A stretch of DNA of 64,000 bases from an uncultured virus (IMG/VR IMGVR_UViG_3300035501_001058). Lineage: Duplodnaviria; Heunggongvirae; Uroviricota; Caudoviricetes. Both the position numbers and the translations under genes were made by a program. Positions 1-10,942 of this stretch are shown one piece after another. The stretch is taken from IMG/VR virus record IMGVR_UViG_3300035501_001058; one strand, written 5' to 3'. The stretch's first letter is position 1; each line of letters begins with the position of its first letter. A model generated the notes under the pieces. It saw only the letters and a program-made list of their open reading frames with translations, was not told where the DNA came from and searched no databases.

Positions 1-1
1 T

Positions 2-97
2 GTTGCATTTAGGGAGGATGCAACAGATATAAATGTCTCCTCAGATAAACCAGTTTTTACTGATGAGGTGATTAATTTTGCGAATAGATTTATTTAA
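2..97 (+). CDS. 3' end of an upstream gene (partial)
   Basis: Open frame from window edge (VAFREDATD...NRFI) to TAA at 95-97, overlapping the next gene start as elsewhere in the window. Confidence 0.6.
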   Translation, partial: VAFREDATDINVSSDKPVFTDEVINFANRFI

Positions 98-866
98 AGA
101 TAGAGAACTTTTAAAAGAAGAAAATAGATTACTAGCATACACAGAACAAAGAACATTTACTTTAGCTAGTTCCAAAGAAGAATTAGAAAATGTATGTGGT
201 GATGATAGTGCATTTCTTGATGAATTGCTTGTTACAGCAGCATCACCAAGAGTCTACAATTCTATTTTTGGAAATGCATACGATTCTCATTTTATTCTTG
301 AGGCTATGGGATTAGAAAAGAATACCAAAGAGAATATTATAGTTGTAGATTTAAGTAATAGCCTTGATTATGTTTTACATAGATTAACTGGTTGCTCAGT
401 TGAGAGTGTACATAAACTAAATAATTATGAAGCTGTAAGTAGACATATTATGAATTATAATTTTTCTGCTTTAAGTAATGTAAAAATAAAAGATTTGGCG
501 GCGTTAGATTTAAATATAGCTGAATGGATTGCTAGTTTATTAATCAGTGTTTCTAATAATCAGCTAAGTGATACTGAGATTTTGAATATGCTTATAACTA
601 AGTTTTATAGAGCAATAACTATAGAAGCACAAAAGATACGAAATTACATCATGTTCTATCTTAGGAGTACATGTAATGACACTTTTATAATAAAAAGTCG
701 TTCTTTATGTAGTATACTGGCGACTACAGATGCTGAAATAGATGATGTATGTACCTTATTTGAGTCAGGTAGAGATGATGTTGAGTATGATTTGCATATA
801 TTAAAATTTAAAAAGTATGAGTTTTACAGAGGAGGTGCTTACAATGTTCTTAACTGGAAGCATTAA
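78..866 (+). CDS. Hypothetical protein directly upstream of DNA polymerase
   Basis: 262-aa ORF, TTG start after GAGGTG; overlaps polymerase start. Confidence 0.75.
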   Translation: MRIDLFKDRELLKEENRLLAYTEQRTFTLASSKEELENVCGDDSAFLDELLVTAASPRVYNSIFGNAYDSHFILEAMGLEKNTKENIIVVDLSNSLDYVLHRLTGCSVESVHKLNNYEAVSRHIMNYNFSALSNVKIKDLAALDLNIAEWIASLLISVSNNQLSDTEILNMLITKFYRAITIEAQKIRNYIMFYLRSTCNDTFIIKSRSLCSILATTDAEIDDVCTLFESGRDDVEYDLHILKFKKYEFYRGGAYNVLNWKH

Positions 867-3800
867 GTTTGATGATCAGGAATACTTTATTGCATGGAAG
901 GATATTAAATCATCAGAGGTTCTTTGGTGTTTTTCTCCATATCACAAAGATGATAATATTGAAGTACAGATGGGTGGTGCACCTAAAAATCCTATAATTG
1001 TAGATAAATATGTTTTGAAAAATTTCTATAATGAGAACTATGTTATCGAAATAATGAAAAGATTGAAGGTCTCAGGTGAAGTAAGTGTATATGGGCAACC
1101 ACAAATAATCGAAACTTTTATGGATACATTAGCTTTTGCAAGAAATTATAAATTTGCAAAAGATGACGTAAAAAGAGATTTAGTATCACAGATGTGTGGA
1201 ATGACAACGCAGGATTTTATAGGATCTGATAATCATATTTCTATGTCTTTTACTAAAGAAGATTTATTTTTCACAAGGCTGGATATTGAATATTCTGGTG
1301 TTTCTATACATATGGAAAAGGCTCCATTTTCTTTAAAGGAAAAAGTATTTACATTAGTTGATGCTGATAGGTTATACAAGAAACGTATTCTTACTAAAAC
1401 TATTAAGGATATTGACTATGCAGCGTTATGTGACAGCTTAGATATGACTTGGTATAGAGATGGTGATGTTCTGAAAAAAGATTATTGGAGTATTAAGTCT
1501 GTATTTGAGTTTGAGACTAAAATAATGACACCTATGCTAAAAAAGATTAAGGAATGCTATGATGAAGGCAAAAAGTTTTATGTCTCAGTCGATACGGAAA
1601 CAACAGGCTTGAACGTATATAACTTAGATAAAAATAATCCTGATAAAGATCATGTAGTAGCTATACCGATTACATGGACACCGGATGCAGGTTTCGTAAT
1701 ATTTACCGATATGGAGCATTTTGCTAATGTAGATAATGACTATTGCGTAAGAAGATTAGCAGAAATTTTCGAGAATTTCAAAGGTGAACGTACAATAGAG
1801 TGTTGGGAACCTTGCTCAGAAGATACAATAAAGTTACAAGAAATGAACGTATTTGATGATAAATCAGTATCAAACGTTATAAATGATAGTGATTTAAGTA
1901 AGTGCAAGAAGACTGCAATAACAATCAATAGAAATACAATAAATTTAATTGGGCATAATGTAATGTTCGATAAAAAGGCTTTTATAGACTCTAATTGCTA
2001 TTTTTATTTTGATGATGATACTATGCAAATGTCATTTAATCTAGCAAGTAAATTAGTTAAAGGTTCTAATAAATTGAAGACTTTGACACGTAAGTTATTT
2101 GGACATGAGACTCCGGAGTTAACTGATATTTTAGGAAAAGGTAACGAGGATAAGTATAGATTTTTAGCAAATGAGGAAGTTGCTAGAATTTATGGTTGTG
2201 CCGATGCTGATTATACATTACAGGTATTTTATTATCTTAGAACGTTAACTACTGATTCTATGTATGAAAAATATAAAGCATTAGATGTTCCAATGTTAAA
2301 TATATTACCTAGAAGTGAATACTACGGATTACAGATGCAGGAAGAAAAGGCACTGATGTTAGGTGATGCAGTATTTCATGATATAGAGATATTAAAACAG
2401 TTTGCATACAGGTATGTAGGTATTTTTGTAAATTATTACAGGCAGAGGGAGAAAATAGAAGCAAGAAAAGCTGCAGGTTTGTTTGATTCTGATGAAGCAT
2501 ATCAAGATGCAGTAAATAATATAAAAATTTCTGATTCTGCTATTTATGAATTTGAGTTCAAACCCAATGAGCTAAGAACAGTATTGTTTGAGATATTAAA
2601 ATATCCAATTAAAGCTTGGACAGAAGGGAAAAAGGCTTTACCTAAGCTAGATAAATATGCTATGAAAAAACTGGTTCAGGATAAAAGACCTGAAGGTTCC
2701 ACAGATTTCAACAAGCTGGAACATAATATTTATAGCTATGGACACAGTCAAGAAGAATATGATGAACTTATGGCTAAAGGAACAGAGAAGGCTAAAAAGA
2801 AAGCCGAATCCTTAATACTGATAGATGCTGATGAGTTTAATAAATGCAAATATCCTTTAGCTCTTGTATTACAGAAATATGCAGAATTAAATAAGGAATA
2901 TACAGCATACTTCAAACCAATGAAAGAAACTAATCTTGAGGGTAAGATATTTAAGTCATATTCGTTAGCTAGAATTGAAACAAGAAGAATTCAAAATGCT
3001 GCTCAAACAATGAAAGGTAATTTGAAAGACTTAGTTAAAGCATACAATGAAGATTATTACTTGCTAGACTTCGATATGTCCCAGGTAGAATATCGTATAA
3101 TGCTTAGTTTAGCAGGATACATGGCCATGGTTGATAAGATGAAAGACCCTGAAAAGGATTATCATACTGAAACAGCCAGCTTAGTTAATGGAATACCTGC
3201 TCACAAGGTAGATAAGAAAACTAGAAAAAGTGCTAAGAGTGTAAGTTTTGGCGTGCCTTATGGATTAGGTGAACGTTCATTGTGTGAGAAAATCTTTGGT
3301 GATCCAACAGAAGAACATTTATTTGCCACAAGATTACTTTTGGCTAAATGGGAAAAAGCCAACAAGCCTATAATGGAATTTCTTAACAGTGAAAGAGATA
3401 ATGCTTTGATAGCTAGAGCAATGTCTGATGATCTTCGAGATTTTATGGATGCTTGGGAAAAGAATGAAGATGGTTCATACAAATTAGACCCTTTAGGCAA
3501 GAAAATTCCTAAACCTACTGGTTTTGTTTATGATAAATATGGATTTTATCGTACTTTCGATGTATCAAATATTGATCAAAGTGAATCAGCAAAACGTAGA
3601 CGAGCTACAGGACATTACACATCAGATGAAGCTAAGATACGAAGACCAGCTGGTAATTTCCCTATTCAGTGTTTTGCAGCAGAAATGTTTAGGATAATAC
3701 TTATTAGATTCTATAATAGATGTGAAGAAGAGGGAATTAATGATAAATTAATCTGGCATATGCTAATTCATGATGAACTGTTGTGCAGTGTTCATAAGAG

Positions 3801-5034
3801 TATACATCCATTTTTTATTTACAAATTGGTAAAAGAGAGTTGCATGATTACTATGAAAGGACATACTAATTATTTTGTTGGAATAAATATTGGTAATACT
3901 TGGGGTGAGGTTAAAGATGATGCAAGAGAAGCTCCAGTTTATTTTGTAGATAGAATTGTAAAAAGATGGGATTCTGGCGAGTTTGGTAATGGACCTTTCT
4001 GGTTTGATAATCCATGGGATGATCTTATAAAAGATGAAAGAGCTAAATATGTCGATGAGCGTATCTGGGAAGTTATTCATGAAGTTCAGAAGGACATAGA
4101 TAATGCGCCAATTAATATACCTTATATTATGGAACATTTTGATAACTATACTGTACGAGCATACGTGAAAGATGGATATTCACTTAATAATAAAGTTGTT
4201 GGTGATTACTCAGGTGATGAAAAAGCTGATAGAGAGTGGGCAAGCAGATTTGAGACATGGGCTTTAGGCAGATTTCCTATTGGAAAGCCTATAATCAATT
4301 ACGATGGCAAATTAGTTGTATTAAGAAACGGAAATTATGAGGAAGGAAACGTAAGTGATCCATTAGATTTAGATACTTCATTATTCTTTGAAGATGATGA
4401 TGAAGATATCGAAGCTAATAGTTATTGGAGTTTTGATACAACCGAGTGTAATAATGCATTTGATGCAGAGATTAGTGATGATTCATCAGATGATGATGTA
4501 TTTATGTATGCATTAGATGATGAAAAACAAGGTGCTCATAATATTGCTGAGATGTTACAAGTAACACGTAAGTATAATAATTTAAGCGTAATGCTTGAGC
4601 AAGTTGTTATAACAACAAGTAAAAATCGTCAAGAAGAGATAAAACGTTATTTACAGCCTTATGTCACTTCCAGTGGTAAAAGTATAGTATTTATCTTTCG
4701 AGGTGGCGGTGCAGAAAGATGGCTTAAAGTAAATGATCAAGTAAACTGGGATAAGCTTGATGAATTCATCAAGGAAATTGATAAAATTGAGTCATTAGCA
4801 AAATCTAATAAGTCTTATAAGCCAGAATTATTTACTTTACTGAATAACAATCTTGTAATTACACTCTCAAATAAATATAAATTTGTTAACTGTGAGAATT
4901 GGTTGATGAATTTTGAAAGTCATAATGGGTATGGAGTGATACTTAAAACTCCGTTAGGCGATATACGTAAATTGCCAATAAAGATTATGCTTGATTTTAA
5001 GAAGCTGGATAATTATCTACGAAAGGAGCTTTAA
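844..5034 (+). CDS. polA: Large family-A DNA polymerase with 3'-5' exonuclease and long N/C extensions
   Basis: ExoI VDTETTGL, ExoII GHNVMFD, ExoIII YGCADAD; pol motif A DMSQVEYR, B RKSAKSVSFGVPYG, NFPIQ, C IHDEL. Start moved to ATG 844 after GGAGGTG. Confidence 0.92.
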   Translation: MFLTGSIKFDDQEYFIAWKDIKSSEVLWCFSPYHKDDNIEVQMGGAPKNPIIVDKYVLKNFYNENYVIEIMKRLKVSGEVSVYGQPQIIETFMDTLAFARNYKFAKDDVKRDLVSQMCGMTTQDFIGSDNHISMSFTKEDLFFTRLDIEYSGVSIHMEKAPFSLKEKVFTLVDADRLYKKRILTKTIKDIDYAALCDSLDMTWYRDGDVLKKDYWSIKSVFEFETKIMTPMLKKIKECYDEGKKFYVSVDTETTGLNVYNLDKNNPDKDHVVAIPITWTPDAGFVIFTDMEHFANVDNDYCVRRLAEIFENFKGERTIECWEPCSEDTIKLQEMNVFDDKSVSNVINDSDLSKCKKTAITINRNTINLIGHNVMFDKKAFIDSNCYFYFDDDTMQMSFNLASKLVKGSNKLKTLTRKLFGHETPELTDILGKGNEDKYRFLANEEVARIYGCADADYTLQVFYYLRTLTTDSMYEKYKALDVPMLNILPRSEYYGLQMQEEKALMLGDAVFHDIEILKQFAYRYVGIFVNYYRQREKIEARKAAGLFDSDEAYQDAVNNIKISDSAIYEFEFKPNELRTVLFEILKYPIKAWTEGKKALPKLDKYAMKKLVQDKRPEGSTDFNKLEHNIYSYGHSQEEYDELMAKGTEKAKKKAESLILIDADEFNKCKYPLALVLQKYAELNKEYTAYFKPMKETNLEGKIFKSYSLARIETRRIQNAAQTMKGNLKDLVKAYNEDYYLLDFDMSQVEYRIMLSLAGYMAMVDKMKDPEKDYHTETASLVNGIPAHKVDKKTRKSAKSVSFGVPYGLGERSLCEKIFGDPTEEHLFATRLLLAKWEKANKPIMEFLNSERDNALIARAMSDDLRDFMDAWEKNEDGSYKLDPLGKKIPKPTGFVYDKYGFYRTFDVSNIDQSESAKRRRATGHYTSDEAKIRRPAGNFPIQCFAAEMFRIILIRFYNRCEEEGINDKLIWHMLIHDELLCSVHKSIHPFFIYKLVKESCMITMKGHTNYFVGINIGNTWGEVKDDAREAPVYFVDRIVKRWDSGEFGNGPFWFDNPWDDLIKDERAKYVDERIWEVIHEVQKDIDNAPINIPYIMEHFDNYTVRAYVKDGYSLNNKVVGDYSGDEKADREWASRFETWALGRFPIGKPIINYDGKLVVLRNGNYEEGNVSDPLDLDTSLFFEDDDEDIEANSYWSFDTTECNNAFDAEISDDSSDDDVFMYALDDEKQGAHNIAEMLQVTRKYNNLSVMLEQVVITTSKNRQEEIKRYLQPYVTSSGKSIVFIFRGGGAERWLKVNDQVNWDKLDEFIKEIDKIESLAKSNKSYKPELFTLLNNNLVITLSNKYKFVNCENWLMNFESHNGYGVILKTPLGDIRKLPIKIMLDFKKLDNYLRKEL

Positions 5035-5035
5035 A

Positions 5036-5713
5036 ATGGCAATAGGAATGAAGGATTCTGAAGAACCACAGAAAAAGGTTGTTGATAATTTAGATGAAGA
5101 ATCAAAAGAAACTATAACACGAAGCAAAAATAGTATGATAATAATTGGAGTAACTGCAATTATTATCATACTTATTATAGTTATGGTTAAGTCTATTTTT
5201 TCTAATAAAGATAATAATGAAATAAATTTAGTTGATGGACAGAGTATCATAAGTAATTCTGAGGAAGAATATGATACTGAAAATACTGTGACTGAAGCAG
5301 AGGAAGATGATAGTAATAATAAATATGTTGATATTGGGCTACCAGATTTTGATGCTGATGAAAATGGTACTACATCAGCTATAGTTTATAGTGCTAGTGA
5401 TTATATAAAGGATCTAAACGGAAGTGATATACCAGCTGTTTATACAACAGCATCTAGAACTTATATACGTGATTTCGTTAATTATGAAGCCAAGAGAGCT
5501 ATAATTGATGATGGTATGGAAATGTACTGGCTAGAAGTTACCTATAAGGGTAAAAAATACAGATGTCAGGTACCATTTTATGTTTTTAAAGACTTAGATG
5601 CTACCGGTATCTGTGTCGTAAATATAGAACTTTTAACTTTGGAAGATGGTGGACAGGTTATAAGTTTTATGGAGGTTGTAACTGATTATGATGATTTAAT
5701 TAATGCAGATTAG
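5036..5713 (+). CDS. Single-pass membrane protein with acidic extracellular domain
   Basis: Hydrophobic run MIIIGVTAIIIILIIVMV; AAGGAG before ATG 5036. Confidence 0.75.
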   Translation: MAIGMKDSEEPQKKVVDNLDEESKETITRSKNSMIIIGVTAIIIILIIVMVKSIFSNKDNNEINLVDGQSIISNSEEEYDTENTVTEAEEDDSNNKYVDIGLPDFDADENGTTSAIVYSASDYIKDLNGSDIPAVYTTASRTYIRDFVNYEAKRAIIDDGMEMYWLEVTYKGKKYRCQVPFYVFKDLDATGICVVNIELLTLEDGGQVISFMEVVTDYDDLINAD

Positions 5714-5721
5714 GAGACATT

Positions 5722-6963
5722 ATGAAATTTAATGAAATGAAAGCTAAATATGATGAGTTCAATGCCTTCTCGGATTTCTGTACAGTAGAGCATGCCAAGC
5801 AAATAGATTTAATTCCAGTTGCTTGGCATGATGTTTTTCCTAATAAATGTTCATGCGGTAGTGAAATGATAATAAATTTAGCACGTACTAAATTTACATG
5901 TTGTAATCCTAGATGCAGAATAAAGCAAGGATTTGCATTAAGTGAGTTGTTTAGCAGATTTAATATAAAGGGTATTGCAGATGCAACATGCTCTGATGTT
6001 TATGAGATGCTACAAAGAAAGAATGAGGAAAGAACATCACAAGGAGAAAAACCTTTATTTCTTTCAGATTCATACGTGGAGATACTTAACGTTGATGAAA
6101 AAGATTATCCTATTAGTTTTCAGCAGAGTGCTAAAGGTATGGAGTTTATCGATGGAATTAATTCTATGAAGAATTGCAGTTTAACTTTTTCAGAAATGGT
6201 TTCGAGATTAGGTTTGCCCGAATTTGATTCTACTGCTAAAAAACTATTTAGTGATATAAATAGCTTTGAGGAACTTATGACTACTATTAAAGCTGAGAAT
6301 GGTATCTATAATTTTTGTAGTAGAAGAGGTGTTTATGCAGTACAAAAAATGTTCTGGTTAAAAGTGTCTTTACAGGATATTGCTGTTGCCTGGTTTATCT
6401 TTGGAGAACAGTCTAGAATGCATGGTTTACAAAATCTTGATATCTGTATCACCGGTAGTGTATTTTATAATGGCTCAAAGTACACTAAAAGCGATTTTAT
6501 TAAAATTTGTAATGCACATGCCTACTCGCATAGCATGAGTGAGATACTAAAAGAGATCTTTAAAGATAATTCTATGATAGAATATGAGGATTTTATAAAG
6601 ATTTGCAAAGAACTAAAATGTGAAATAAACACACAAAAATTTGAAACTATTAATCAAAATGAATTATTTGAATTGATTGATCAGTCCGAGTTGGATTTTG
6701 CTGTTCAGTTATATGAGATTAATATGACTACAGCAAAAAAGAGTGTTCCTTATATTGTAGGGGATACACCATCTAGTAGTTCTAAGTATCTGGAAGGCCT
6801 AAGAAGAGGTGTGGAAATTGACAGTGATGGAAATTCTCACAAAGTGTTAGTGACTTCTAATGAACTAATAAGTGAGATTGATAATAAAGTAAAAATTTGG
6901 GAAGGTGGATTGATTAAACGATGCAAGAATTTGATACAGAGTTCCAAGATGACGATCTTCTAG
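5722..6963 (+). CDS. NAD-dependent DNA ligase C-terminal-like protein (Zn finger, HhH, BRCT-like); no adenylation domain
   Basis: PNKCSCGS...CCNPRC zinc finger, NIKGIADAT HhH-like, ICITGS BRCT-like start; no KxDG motif. Confidence 0.65.
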   Translation: MKFNEMKAKYDEFNAFSDFCTVEHAKQIDLIPVAWHDVFPNKCSCGSEMIINLARTKFTCCNPRCRIKQGFALSELFSRFNIKGIADATCSDVYEMLQRKNEERTSQGEKPLFLSDSYVEILNVDEKDYPISFQQSAKGMEFIDGINSMKNCSLTFSEMVSRLGLPEFDSTAKKLFSDINSFEELMTTIKAENGIYNFCSRRGVYAVQKMFWLKVSLQDIAVAWFIFGEQSRMHGLQNLDICITGSVFYNGSKYTKSDFIKICNAHAYSHSMSEILKEIFKDNSMIEYEDFIKICKELKCEINTQKFETINQNELFELIDQSELDFAVQLYEINMTTAKKSVPYIVGDTPSSSSKYLEGLRRGVEIDSDGNSHKVLVTSNELISEIDNKVKIWEGGLIKRCKNLIQSSKMTIF

Positions 6964-9900
6964 ATTTGCTTACTGAAGAAGTGACTGCCAATGATGAGCA
7001 TAAGCAAGATGATGACAATGTAGATGATTTGTTGTCATTACTAAATGATGACCTGGAAGATGCAGAAGCCGATGATTTAGCACAAGTTGAGTACAATGAT
7101 CTAAATCATCTTTCATTTAGCGAGGATTATGCAGAAAATGTTGAGGGAGTCAATATTGAATATGACGTCGAAAGTACACTCGTTGAAAGTAATTTTGATC
7201 ATAGTGCAGATGAGGATTCATTAGATTCAGTAAAAGATCAAGAAATCTTAGAATCGCTACAGAACGAGTTAGCACAAAAGGGTTACAAGTTTTTAGAATA
7301 TTATGACTATGAACAACTTGAAGCTCTTATAAGGATTGAAGAGTTTTGTGAGAATGAAGATATATTGGAGGAACAACGCAATTCTCTTATTGAAAATTTT
7401 GATAATATAAAGAATTTGATTAAGACGACCAATGCATCTTTTCTTAAACAGTTTTCTGCAAAGAGTTACAAGTGGAGAGAAATGCCTAATGTAAAAACCT
7501 CTTTACCTCAACCTTTTATAGAAATTATTTGGGATGTAATTCTAGAACTATTAAGCAAATCTGGTAATAGTAAACAGATTGAGGATACTGTAAATATTAC
7601 AAAAGTTACTGAGAGGGTACTTGATGGACCTAAAAACTATAAAGTGTATATTGAAAGCTCTGAATACTATAATTATTTGCATAGTGTTTTGCCAATAGCG
7701 ATATCTAATTTTAAGGATATGCGAATGGGTATAAGGGAGTTTGAATTACAAAGAGATAAAACTGTCTCATTTCTTTTACAGGATGAACATAATGCTATGA
7801 AAGATATGGAACAGGGAGATATTGACTTTATAAAACAGATATACAAAAGGTCAGAGTCTTATGTATACTGCTGTAATAATTGTAACACTGAGTCAGAATT
7901 AAAGAGTGCTATAGTATCGTATATTCTATATGCTTCTGAGCAGGGAACTTATAAACCTGTCTTGTTACCACGAATGATTACATGTTCATGCTGTGGAAAG
8001 AAGTACATGTTGCCTTTAACAATTTATGCAGAGATTAGAGATAATCTCGATAAGGTGTACAAGAGAGGTTCTTCAGAATTATTCAAGTACTTAAATAAAG
8101 TATCTACAGGTACTGCTCTAACTAAGATTACACCTACAGTTGAAGATATGTTGGAAAAATTTAATTTTCCAGATGTTGGTGCTAATATCGATGAAAGAAT
8201 AACGACTGAAGATACTAAGCAACCAGTAGAAATATTCTATGATGATTATGAATACTATGAGGCTATTAAAGCTTTTAATAATCGTTGTCTTTTATTTAAT
8301 ACTGATGTATCAAAACAAACTAAAAATAAAACTCGCGATTCACAAGGTGATGAATTCCTTAGTTTTGAAACTGATGATGCAATTGATGAATTAGTAGAAG
8401 CTTCAGATACTAAAGTAAATAATCTCTCCTATAAAGATTTAGTGCGCTGCATGATTGCAGAGCTATCACTAGATTATAATACAGTAAAAAATAAAGCTAT
8501 TTATTCACTGATAATGGCATTTAATGAAGTAGATTGTATTAAAAGATATTTACATTTAAGTGATTATTGGAATTGGAAAAATCAATATAATGTACTGAAA
8601 AATGTAGAGAAGTATAATGAAAATGATAAAGAAATGCTTTCCATTTGCAATGCTTTATACAGACAGTTTAATACAGAATCTGCCAAAAATTTATCAGAAT
8701 TAAAAGATTTTCTGATTAAGTATCGTGAGCAAATAAAAGAAACTATTAAAGATTTTGAAAATAAGCATGCAGAGATTTTATTACAAATTCATAATAATAA
8801 GGATTTATATGCACATACAAAGATACTGAATATAAATCAGGTAAGTTATTCTTTATTAGTTGACTATTTAGCAGATAAGACATTATACGCTATGGTAGAT
8901 GATATTACGGATAGAATGATAGTCAATAATTATGCTGAGGCTTTTTCAGATTCTCTATTTAGAGGCTCTATACTGAATAGTGGTTATCTCAGAAGGCACC
9001 TTTTAGAGATATCATCTGGTATGATATTACATAAAACAATTGAAAATTTTATGGATAATAGAGGTATCCCATTTCCTTATGACATAATGGAGAGACTATA
9101 TTATGTCTCTGGAAACCATTTAGTTGCATTACGAGATGCAGCGGATGCTTTAAAGGAATATGATTATTACAACTTTTTGAAGAATTTAAGTGAACTATCA
9201 GATTATAATACTCTGATAAATCTTGATGCTGATGATAAACTAAGAAAAGCCTCTGAATTAGCAAAAACGGAGTTTAATACTATAAAAAATAGTAACTATG
9301 TTGCATATAATCTTTGTGACTTCACAGAAGAGGAATTACAAGATAAAAGTTGTAGGAAGGAGCTAGCTAGAATAAACTTTGGTGCGTTTATACCTAAACG
9401 GTTACCTAATGAAACGTTATCTGAATACCTAAAGAGATATAGCGAGCTAAGCACTAAGGATTTATTAGGTACAGTGGAGTGTTACGACCATAGGAAAGAA
9501 TTTGATAAATTTTCAGATTATTTTGTTGTTATAGCAGCTGGTTATAATGTTTTAGATTTGGATAGTAGCAATTTTGCACTTGCTAATTTTATACGATGTT
9601 GGTTATATGTGTGCTGCGAATGTATGAGTAGATCTAATGCTTTAGGCTATTTAGGATATTCTGAGAAATATTTTAATCGTCTAAAAGCACTCGATACTAA
9701 CAATTATGATAAGGCATTTGAAGAAAGTATTTTCAGTGAAAGTGCTTCACTTTATAGGATCTGGCATGGTTACTATGTTAATCCAGTTGATGAATTTTTA
9801 ACTGTAAAATGCAATAACCCAGCTAATATTACCCTCAATGAAAAATCTAAAATAGATTCTATGTTGGTACCTAGAATTAGTGATATTATTACGGCTATTG

Positions 9901-10046
9901 AAGATGCTTCTGATAGTGAAATCTGTTCATTAAGCTCAAAACGTAATAAGTCTGATGATGTAAATAGGGCAGAAGCAGAAGAACTTGAAAATGCAGGTTC
10001 GATGCGAGAAGATATGATTAATGAGATTGAAAGTTATAAGGAGTAA
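6921..10046 (+). CDS. Large hypothetical protein with acidic N-terminus and putative zinc ribbon
   Basis: 1041 aa; D/E-rich N-terminus; CNNC and CSCC pairs. Confidence 0.8.
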   Translation: MQEFDTEFQDDDLLDLLTEEVTANDEHKQDDDNVDDLLSLLNDDLEDAEADDLAQVEYNDLNHLSFSEDYAENVEGVNIEYDVESTLVESNFDHSADEDSLDSVKDQEILESLQNELAQKGYKFLEYYDYEQLEALIRIEEFCENEDILEEQRNSLIENFDNIKNLIKTTNASFLKQFSAKSYKWREMPNVKTSLPQPFIEIIWDVILELLSKSGNSKQIEDTVNITKVTERVLDGPKNYKVYIESSEYYNYLHSVLPIAISNFKDMRMGIREFELQRDKTVSFLLQDEHNAMKDMEQGDIDFIKQIYKRSESYVYCCNNCNTESELKSAIVSYILYASEQGTYKPVLLPRMITCSCCGKKYMLPLTIYAEIRDNLDKVYKRGSSELFKYLNKVSTGTALTKITPTVEDMLEKFNFPDVGANIDERITTEDTKQPVEIFYDDYEYYEAIKAFNNRCLLFNTDVSKQTKNKTRDSQGDEFLSFETDDAIDELVEASDTKVNNLSYKDLVRCMIAELSLDYNTVKNKAIYSLIMAFNEVDCIKRYLHLSDYWNWKNQYNVLKNVEKYNENDKEMLSICNALYRQFNTESAKNLSELKDFLIKYREQIKETIKDFENKHAEILLQIHNNKDLYAHTKILNINQVSYSLLVDYLADKTLYAMVDDITDRMIVNNYAEAFSDSLFRGSILNSGYLRRHLLEISSGMILHKTIENFMDNRGIPFPYDIMERLYYVSGNHLVALRDAADALKEYDYYNFLKNLSELSDYNTLINLDADDKLRKASELAKTEFNTIKNSNYVAYNLCDFTEEELQDKSCRKELARINFGAFIPKRLPNETLSEYLKRYSELSTKDLLGTVECYDHRKEFDKFSDYFVVIAAGYNVLDLDSSNFALANFIRCWLYVCCECMSRSNALGYLGYSEKYFNRLKALDTNNYDKAFEESIFSESASLYRIWHGYYVNPVDEFLTVKCNNPANITLNEKSKIDSMLVPRISDIITAIEDASDSEICSLSSKRNKSDDVNRAEAEELENAGSMREDMINEIESYKE

Positions 10047-10048
10047 AT

Positions 10049-10942
10049 ATGATTTTTGTTTTACTTGAGCAAGAGAATAATGTCATAGCGCCAATGATAC
10101 CTAAACTGACAGCTTCTATTAATAAATCTTGTGTGAAATATATACAAAATAAGGTAAAAGTAGATCAGATATTGTGTTACAAGGAACTTCCATTATTTGA
10201 ACGTGGTTGGTTTCTTGTATACAGTGGGATAGATAAGTCAGTTATAAAATTTTTATGCTCATTAGATACTAGCACAGTAGTTTTAAAGCAGGTGAGTAAA
10301 TCTAAATGTGAAGCAACTATAGCTTTGCTGAAATCTCTTAAACTAGATTATAAGTTTATTGATAATTGGGAAATTAAGAAGCAAACAAAAATAGATTATA
10401 TACTGCGAGAAATTAGTGTAGATAATAAGGATGCAGAATATTTATACAATAGAACAAGAGGCTATACAAAAGCTATTGTTGAAGGGGTAAGTGCTCTAAA
10501 AACTTTAAATAATATAACACGAGAAGACATTAGAGCACTTGTACCTAAATCAGATAGATACGGTCTATTAGATTTATACAAATATCTAATTCTGTCTCCT
10601 GATTGTACAATGGGTTATTCTGATGCTGTCTTAATTATATATAGGTATCGATACGGTTTTCAGTACGTAAAAGACTTTTTATTAGGAAATCTTACAACGG
10701 CGATGGAAGTTTATGGATATATTGCTTCCGGGGAACTTACAATTACCAACTATCGTGAAGTTCATGCCAAATTAATAACCACAATAACAGAATATCAGGT
10801 TTATAAGATAATAGAGCAATATAATAGAGTTTCTTATGAATACTTATACTTTTTATATACCAGTATCTCTAAATTAAGTAAGGGAGATACTGGTATTTAT
10901 ATGTTGCTTAATATTCTTAGAGTAAGAAAGGGGAAAGATTAA
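10049..10942 (+). CDS. Clamp-loader delta (HolA)-like protein
   Basis: 297 aa, LPLF motif in N-domain, NITREDIRALV segment typical of delta; dnaX in same element. Confidence 0.5.
   Translation: MIFVLLEQENNVIAPMIPKLTASINKSCVKYIQNKVKVDQILCYKELPLFERGWFLVYSGIDKSVIKFLCSLDTSTVVLKQVSKSKCEATIALLKSLKLDYKFIDNWEIKKQTKIDYILREISVDNKDAEYLYNRTRGYTKAIVEGVSALKTLNNITREDIRALVPKSDRYGLLDLYKYLILSPDCTMGYSDAVLIIYRYRYGFQYVKDFLLGNLTTAMEVYGYIASGELTITNYREVHAKLITTITEYQVYKIIEQYNRVSYEYLYFLYTSISKLSKGDTGIYMLLNILRVRKGKD

Noticed and set aside
1..25. Inverted repeat TGTTGCAT/ATGCAACA
   Set aside because: Lies in the open frame of the upstream gene with no T tract; likely chance.
844..5034. Intein in the oversized polymerase
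   Set aside because: No C...HN/[CST] splice junctions or LAGLIDADG motifs spotted; extra length comes from terminal extensions and short insertions.
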